This document shows, piece by piece, positions 58,499-64,000 of a stretch of 64,000 nucleotides of DNA. The notes under the pieces are model-generated. The model saw only the letters and a program-made list of their open reading frames with translations. It was not told the origin of the DNA and made no database searches. The number at the start of each line of letters is the position of its first letter. Position 1 is the first letter of the stretch. Source of the DNA: an uncultured Clostridium sp. Its GTDB lineage: Bacteria > Bacillota_I > Bacilli_A > RF39 > UBA660. Position numbers and translations under genes: made by a program. The stretch lies in the NCBI GenBank assembly GCA_947427095.1, contig CANEGO010000002.1, forward strand, positions 27,888 through 91,887, given 5' to 3'.

Positions 58499-61400
58499 TT
58501 AATAAGTAGCAATTAATTCTAATAATTCTTTTATTGGAGCATTTTCAACTTCGGATGGTATAATTGGGTCGTCATCTTTTTTTATTGCCATAGACTCAGC
58601 ATCTCCTTTTCCAATTTCATAAGCTTGTTTTATATTGACTTTACTCAATTTAATTTCATAATCAGTTAAAGGGTTAATTTGAGAATCATTACACTTTATT
58701 ATCGGAAGTATCGTGATTTTAGGCTTATTTCCATTTTTAATAATATTTTCTAAAACATTTATATTTCTGTCATTATCACAATTCATTTCATGTATACGTG
58801 TTGGCGTTTGTACAATATAATTTTCTTTGACATCTCTAGGAATTTTGGCTTTGCCCATTATCATTATTCTATAATCATAAATACGATTTTTATTTATTCC
58901 CTTTATGAATGACAAAATTATTTTCCCTTCTTTATCATCCCTTCCCACGATGTCAATTAAGTCTTGAAAAACTTTTTTAGCCCCACTTTCATTTTCAAAT
59001 AAGAATCCTATTTTAATAAAATCTTTATTTATTAAATCGCCTATGTACATAGTGCCCTTCCATTGAGCTATATCCCAATGGTTTGTTTTAATTAAACCAG
59101 AGGTAAAAATATTATCATGTGATACATTTTTAAATCTTTTCTTTTCATCTTTTTTATATTCTATTTTATCTTTATCTTCAAAAGGATCTACAAATTCTTC
59201 AGTAGAGTTTTCTATTTCAATACCTGAATACCATTCAACTTTTCTAGTAATTTTGTAATCAGAAGTATTCTTATTCTCTTCGTCAGAGCCAAAGATTTTA
59301 TTAAGATTATATATGGTGTTTGTATGATTTATACTTCTTTCAAAACTTTGATCATCAACCAAAAGTTTCTTAAGAGTTTCTTCATAGTCTTTGTATATAA
59401 AGCTTATAGCTAAAATATTTGCCAATAATTTGAATAAAAAATCTGATATAATTTTATGATTTTCTATATTAATATCATACATTTCTATTGTATCAATCAT
59501 AATGGTATAGGTATCTATACCATCAAAGGAATAATCGATGCTAAATTCACCTGTATTTCTTTCTTGAAGTTCAAGTATAATATCTCCTCGCATAAAAGTA
59601 CTATTAATATGCATAGTTGCTAGAGTATTTTCTAATAAAGCAATAATAAATTCAGAAAAGCGATGCCCTAATCTAGTTGCTTTAAATTTAACTACTATTT
59701 TATTACCATTTAACCAAGATTGAATTTTCTTATCTTTCCCATTTAAAAAAATTGGCTCAGGTAACCCTTGTAATAATGAATCCTTATAAAAACTCAATAT
59801 TATTTTATCAAATTCATTTTTATCTCCATTACATTCTTTTAGCATTTGCTCGTCATATTCACCAATTACGTATTTAGCCATAACTTCTGCAGTAATCAAA
59901 CCAGTTAGCCTGCAGTTGTCTATAATTATATTCATCATATTAAAATCTTCTACTTTAGTCGATAATAATGATGATGATATCAAAGCCTCTCTTTGTTGAA
60001 AATATTCATTTTCTTCATCTAAATTAATTTGTTCATTTTTTTCCAACAAAACACTTAATAATATATTTTTTATTTCAAACCACTTTATTGCTTGTTCTAC
60101 ATTTCCCTGCTGAATTTCTAAATCAATTACTACATTTACAACTTTAATTGAAAAGGCATCTATAGTATTATCTTTCAAAAAAATATCTAAGAATACGGAT
60201 ATTGCTGCAATATAATAGTTTTTTGCAGCATATTTTAATCCAATAGCTTCAAAATTGCCACCAATATTTAAATATGCTTCTACTAATTTACCATCTGATT
60301 CATCTTTATAAAGAAGAGTCAAACACTTTCCTAAAATATTAATTGCATCATAATGATTATTACTTGATGATAGCATTTTAGCTCTTTTTAAATACATATC
60401 TGCTTTTTGTAAATCTGCTTTTCTAGTCGTTAATTCCTCGGTTATTAAATCATATAAAGCAATAAAGTCATCATTGTCATTAAAAACAGGTAAAAGATTT
60501 TCTACCATTTTAGATAATGTTATAAAGTCATATTCTTTAAATGATTTAGCTTCTTCAACAATAGCAATTAATTCCTTAAATTGCTTATTAATATTCTCCT
60601 CTAGAAAAATATTTACAAAGCATAACTTTGTTTTAGCTTCTAATTGGGTAACTCTACTTTTTGAACTTTCTTTTTCCTTTAATAGTTTTAATAATACTTC
60701 AGTTTTTTCTTTAACTGCTTTTTTATCTCTTTGTTTTCTTGTGTACTCCAAAGTCCATAAAGTTGCTAACTTCAGAATTTCTTCTATCTTTTTATCTTTA
60801 CTTACTTCATCCTGATATTCCATATAGTACTTTTCGAAATTGGCCTCATCATTTAGCCACCAATGATAATACCATGCCAAATCATATAAAATATTTCTTT
60901 CATCAACAATATCATTTTTCTCTCTAGCCATCCTCAATGCTCGATTAAACTTCCCAACTACAGTTACTTCATCTTCTTCCAAATCTCTACTTAATATAGC
61001 GGACTCTATAGCCAAATCAATAACATCTTTATTTATTATTTCTTTTACTGAATAATCTTGAAGTTTCTTTTCTATATCAAATATTCTTCTTTGTTTTTTT
61101 AAATCATTTATACCTGTCTGTTTTTCTTTTATAGGAGTAGTAATACCTATAATAACTAATAAATCTAAATTCTTATTATCTAATGCTTTTTCTAATATCC
61201 AAGTTTTATCTAAAATTATTATATCTAATCCCGTTTCTTCTTTTTTAGCATCTTGGTATTCTAATCTTTTATCATTTTTTATTGCTTGATTTGTTACAAA
61301 GAAAATCTTAGTATAACCTCTTTTCGTATCTATAATTTTTTTAATATCCGAATTACATTTCGTTTTCCAAGTTTTCTTTAGGCTTATAGCAAATGCCCAT

Positions 61401-61705
61401 CTGTCGTTTGAGGTATTCAATCCATACCACCAAAATTTTTGAATCTTTTTTGAAACAGGAAAATTCTCTGTATCAACCTTTCCATCTCCTCCGCCTGCTG
61501 GTCCAGTCTCTTCTATTAAATTTGGACATATTTCTCTTTCTAGTAACTTTCTAATAAACTCTTCAAAATTGAAATGCATGTTCTGTTCAGATAATCTTGA
61601 TAGCTGAAAATCTAATATTTCTCTTGAACATTCCACTTTATCGATTTCCTTTGAATCAGAAAATTGATCTGGATGCAATCTTTTTAATAAATCTCTTGGT
61701 TCCAT
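58499..61705 (-). CDS. orphan 1068-aa protein: Mrr-cat-like PD-(D/E)xK nuclease N-domain plus large helical/TPR-like body
   Basis: AGGAGG SD. N-terminal FEEFIRKLLERE...GPAGGGDGKVD...AFAISLKK...IFFVTNQ...IIILD. No Walker A found anywhere. Confidence 0.6.
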   Translation of the reverse strand: MEPRDLLKRLHPDQFSDSKEIDKVECSREILDFQLSRLSEQNMHFNFEEFIRKLLEREICPNLIEETGPAGGGDGKVDTENFPVSKKIQKFWWYGLNTSNDRWAFAISLKKTWKTKCNSDIKKIIDTKRGYTKIFFVTNQAIKNDKRLEYQDAKKEETGLDIIILDKTWILEKALDNKNLDLLVIIGITTPIKEKQTGINDLKKQRRIFDIEKKLQDYSVKEIINKDVIDLAIESAILSRDLEEDEVTVVGKFNRALRMAREKNDIVDERNILYDLAWYYHWWLNDEANFEKYYMEYQDEVSKDKKIEEILKLATLWTLEYTRKQRDKKAVKEKTEVLLKLLKEKESSKSRVTQLEAKTKLCFVNIFLEENINKQFKELIAIVEEAKSFKEYDFITLSKMVENLLPVFNDNDDFIALYDLITEELTTRKADLQKADMYLKRAKMLSSSNNHYDAINILGKCLTLLYKDESDGKLVEAYLNIGGNFEAIGLKYAAKNYYIAAISVFLDIFLKDNTIDAFSIKVVNVVIDLEIQQGNVEQAIKWFEIKNILLSVLLEKNEQINLDEENEYFQQREALISSSLLSTKVEDFNMMNIIIDNCRLTGLITAEVMAKYVIGEYDEQMLKECNGDKNEFDKIILSFYKDSLLQGLPEPIFLNGKDKKIQSWLNGNKIVVKFKATRLGHRFSEFIIALLENTLATMHINSTFMRGDIILELQERNTGEFSIDYSFDGIDTYTIMIDTIEMYDINIENHKIISDFLFKLLANILAISFIYKDYEETLKKLLVDDQSFERSINHTNTIYNLNKIFGSDEENKNTSDYKITRKVEWYSGIEIENSTEEFVDPFEDKDKIEYKKDEKKRFKNVSHDNIFTSGLIKTNHWDIAQWKGTMYIGDLINKDFIKIGFLFENESGAKKVFQDLIDIVGRDDKEGKIILSFIKGINKNRIYDYRIMIMGKAKIPRDVKENYIVQTPTRIHEMNCDNDRNINVLENIIKNGNKPKITILPIIKCNDSQINPLTDYEIKLSKVNIKQAYEIGKGDAESMAIKKDDDPIIPSEVENAPIKELLELIATY

Positions 61706-61731
61706 ACAATACCTCCTTGAAATGCACCTAT

Positions 61732-61740
61732 ATTATAACA
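61732..61740 (-). promoter_or_regulatory. extended -10 (TGTTATAAT) for the 1068-aa gene
   Basis: Minus strand reads aaTGTTATAATataggtgcatttcaAGGAGGtattgtATG. Confidence 0.45.
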
Positions 61741-61774
61741 TTATTATTTCTAATATTAATAGCTAACTATGCCA

Positions 61775-63048
61775 TTAATACTTATATTTAATAATCGTAT
61801 TTATTATATCCGATTTAACTATTTGTTCAAACGATTCGTTAGCACATTTTTTTGTTTCTTCATTGCTACATATATAATAATTTTCTGTGGTTTCTACTTT
61901 ACTATGTCCAAGTACACTAGACACATCTTTAATTTCAACTCCGCTTCTTAATGTCTTAGTTGCAAAGCTCCCTCTTAAATCATAAAATCTACAGTTTTTT
62001 ATATTTAGTTCTTCATGAATAATTTTAAATGGATACCTGAGTAAATCTGTTCCAGAATATTTACCGTCCTTTTTTGTAAAAACTAAACTAACTTGTTCTC
62101 TATTTTTTGATTTGTGCTTAAGATCAACTATTTTATACTCTATAATCTTACCATATTTATTTTTAATTTCTTCTAAATAATAATTATGATAGCTTTTTCT
62201 GTATAGTTTTTTGTTATTTTCTTGATTCTTTTTGTAGTTTTGCAAAGCCATTTTTAAAGTGTCACAGATATAAACATATCTACAACTACCTTGTGTTTTA
62301 GTCGTACCTAAGTACCATCTGCCAGTTTCGTCTCTCTTCTTTGGATATACTGTTTTATTAACTTTTATTATTTGTTTTTCTAAGTCTATATCATCCCATG
62401 TCAATGCTAATACTTCTCCTGTTCTCATTCCTGTATAACATGCAGTTAAAAATGCACAAGTAAATGTATAGTTATTTTTGAACCTTAATAGTATCGTATC
62501 AATTTCTTCTTGAGTATAGATATGTTTTACATCGTTTTTTTTACCTCAAAAAAATAGACTCTTGGCAATTGTAAATCAGCAGCTGGATTGTTTTCAATAA
62601 ACCCAAAATAATAAGCAGCATCTCTTAATGATCTTCTAATCACCTTTTGATAATTTCTTAATGCATCTTTTGAATTTACTCTTTGCGCAATTCTAAGTAA
62701 TGCTTGATTTAGAACATAAGGAGTTAGATATGCTAGTTTATATTTACCTATTTCTTTTTTTATAGTTTCAAATGCTTCAGAATATCTTTTTGCTGTTGTA
62801 TATTTATAATTAATTTCAAAATACTCTTTCATCCAATAATCTAAATAATCGGAATATAACATTTGTGATTGTTTAAATGTTACACCGCCATTTATATATT
62901 TTTCATAAGCAATTTGTCCAGCGGCATATGCTTCGTTCTGGGTTTTAAAGCCTGACTTATTAATAAACTTCCTTTTACCATTAATTGTTCCAATTTCAAA
63001 TTGATATTGATAAACCTTTCCTCTTTTTCTTACATTTACTCTTCTCAT
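61775..63048 (-). pseudogene. int: phage-type tyrosine recombinase/integrase, split by a frameshift in an A8 run
   Basis: N-terminal ORF (arm-binding plus SAM-like domains, MRRVNVRKRGKVYQYQFE...). C-terminal ORF has TGMRTGE, YDLRGSFAT, LGHSKVETTENYY. The frames overlap at 62535-62542, and A9 would fuse them. Confidence 0.8.
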
Positions 63049-63116
63049 ATAATCATCCTTTCCTTTTCTATATAAAATAAAAGAGCATTAACATTATCTG
63101 TTAACACTCTTCCATT

Positions 63117-64000
63117 TTAATCAATTAATAATTTGTCATCATCATTGACTTGTTTTTGTAATAATTCTAATTCTTTGATATTCTTATTGTCTTTTAATAC
63201 TTTCATTTGTCTTCTTGCTGAATTATTGAGTCTAACAAGTCTTTCATTTTGAGGTACTTTTTCTTCAATCAATTCCGCATTTGTATTTTGAAGATTATTT
63301 AATATTACCAAATGTAGTAGATCAGTATAATCCCTCATATTCCCCTCTTTTGCAAGGTCTGGATTATTATCTCTCCATTCTTTAGCTGTCATACCAAATA
63401 ATGCAACATTTAAAACATCTGCTTCTTCAGCATATACAAATTTCTTTTGAGCTTCAGTAAGCGTTGGGACTATATAAGTTTTTACTGCATCAGTGTGAAC
63501 TACATAATTTAACTTTGAAAGTATTCTATTAGCTTGCCAATCTATTTTTTCTTGATATGCCTCATTAGTTTTTAATCTTTCAAATTCAGTTATTAAATAT
63601 AATTTGAACTCTGGAGATAACCAACTAGCAAATTCAAAGGCAATGTCTGGATGAGCAAAAGTTCCAATGCTATACCTTCCACCCTTAGAGATAATACCTA
63701 TTGCATTGGTTCTTTTAATCCATTGAGATGGAGACATTGCAAAAGAATTTCTACCATACTCAGTTTTAATTTGGTCGAATTCGACCAAATTAAAATCAGG
63801 ATTGTGGATTTCTTCCCATAAACCAATGTAATCAATAGTTGTAATCCTTCTTAACCAATTCTTTACTGTAAAAGATGGATCACTAGAATTTTGATACTTA
63901 GCCAAGTCTGTTAATGAAATATAATTAACATTCCCTACTCTTAAAATTCCCACTTTATTTTCCTTTACAATTATTTCTGCTGTTACTTCATCTTTTTTCA
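63117..64000 (-). CDS. KilA-N domain protein (5' end at or just beyond the window edge)
   Basis: NYISLTDLAKY...NWLR...IGLWE...AHPDIAFEFASWLSPEFKLY. The frame stays open to the last base. The last two bases read TG, consistent with an ATG starting at 64001. Confidence 0.75.
   Translation of the reverse strand, partial: KKDEVTAEIIVKENKVGILRVGNVNYISLTDLAKYQNSSDPSFTVKNWLRRITTIDYIGLWEEIHNPDFNLVEFDQIKTEYGRNSFAMSPSQWIKRTNAIGIISKGGRYSIGTFAHPDIAFEFASWLSPEFKLYLITEFERLKTNEAYQEKIDWQANRILSKLNYVVHTDAVKTYIVPTLTEAQKKFVYAEEADVLNVALFGMTAKEWRDNNPDLAKEGNMRDYTDLLHLVILNNLQNTNAELIEEKVPQNERLVRLNNSARRQMKVLKDNKNIKELELLQKQVNDDDKLLID

Larger units (their letters stand above)
58173..64000. mobile_element. putative integrated element (degenerate prophage/island) running off the window
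   Basis: Contains a KilA-N gene, a phage-type tyrosine integrase (frameshifted) and an orphan nuclease-like cargo gene. A repeat-rich junction lies at 58.1-58.5 kb. The other end is outside the window. Confidence 0.5.

Noticed and set aside
1-64000. CRISPR arrays, rRNA, tRNA, and IS elements with terminal inverted repeats
   Set aside because: No regularly spaced repeats, no GC-rich structured-RNA islands and no transposase-like ORFs were seen in any intergenic region.

Overview
Very AT-rich, low-GC Firmicute-type chromosomal segment using the standard genetic code (RF2 is present with a UGA autoregulatory frameshift). About 60 genes, almost all on the minus strand. Core content: glycolysis (tpiA, pgk, gap), clpP, a clpC-like gene, cysS, dusB, ung, rlmH, walJ-like, dnaB, rplI, rpsR-ssb-rpsF, ychF, parAB, whiA, trxB, lgt, uvrA, uvrB, pepT, ftsEX with an M23 peptidase, and prfB. 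Accessory or decayed DNA interrupts this backbone in several places. (1) The right end (58.1-64 kb) looks like an integrated element: a KilA-N gene, a tyrosine integrase broken in an A8 run, and an orphan 1068-aa protein with an Mrr-like PD-(D/E)xK nuclease head on a large helical-repeat body and no NTPase motif. This is my best candidate for an undescribed single-gene defence system. (2) A unique G10 tract lies in the spacer of a near-perfect promoter in front of a lipoprotein gene, a candidate phase-variation switch. (3) A 1.8-kb one-gene cassette (HExxH...NEGxAE protein) is flanked by duplicated copies of the rlmH 3' end and terminator. (4) uvrB and uvrA are separated by an insertion carrying a DUF3419-like gene and a decayed dinD-like remnant. 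(5) Further decay includes a 5'-truncated DUF2201/VWA gene with an in-frame stop and a small gene split at an A7 run. Glycolipid genes and a surface-protein gene are embedded in the glycolytic cluster. I saw no rRNA, tRNA or CRISPR. All calls come from reading the translations and DNA by eye; no searches were run.
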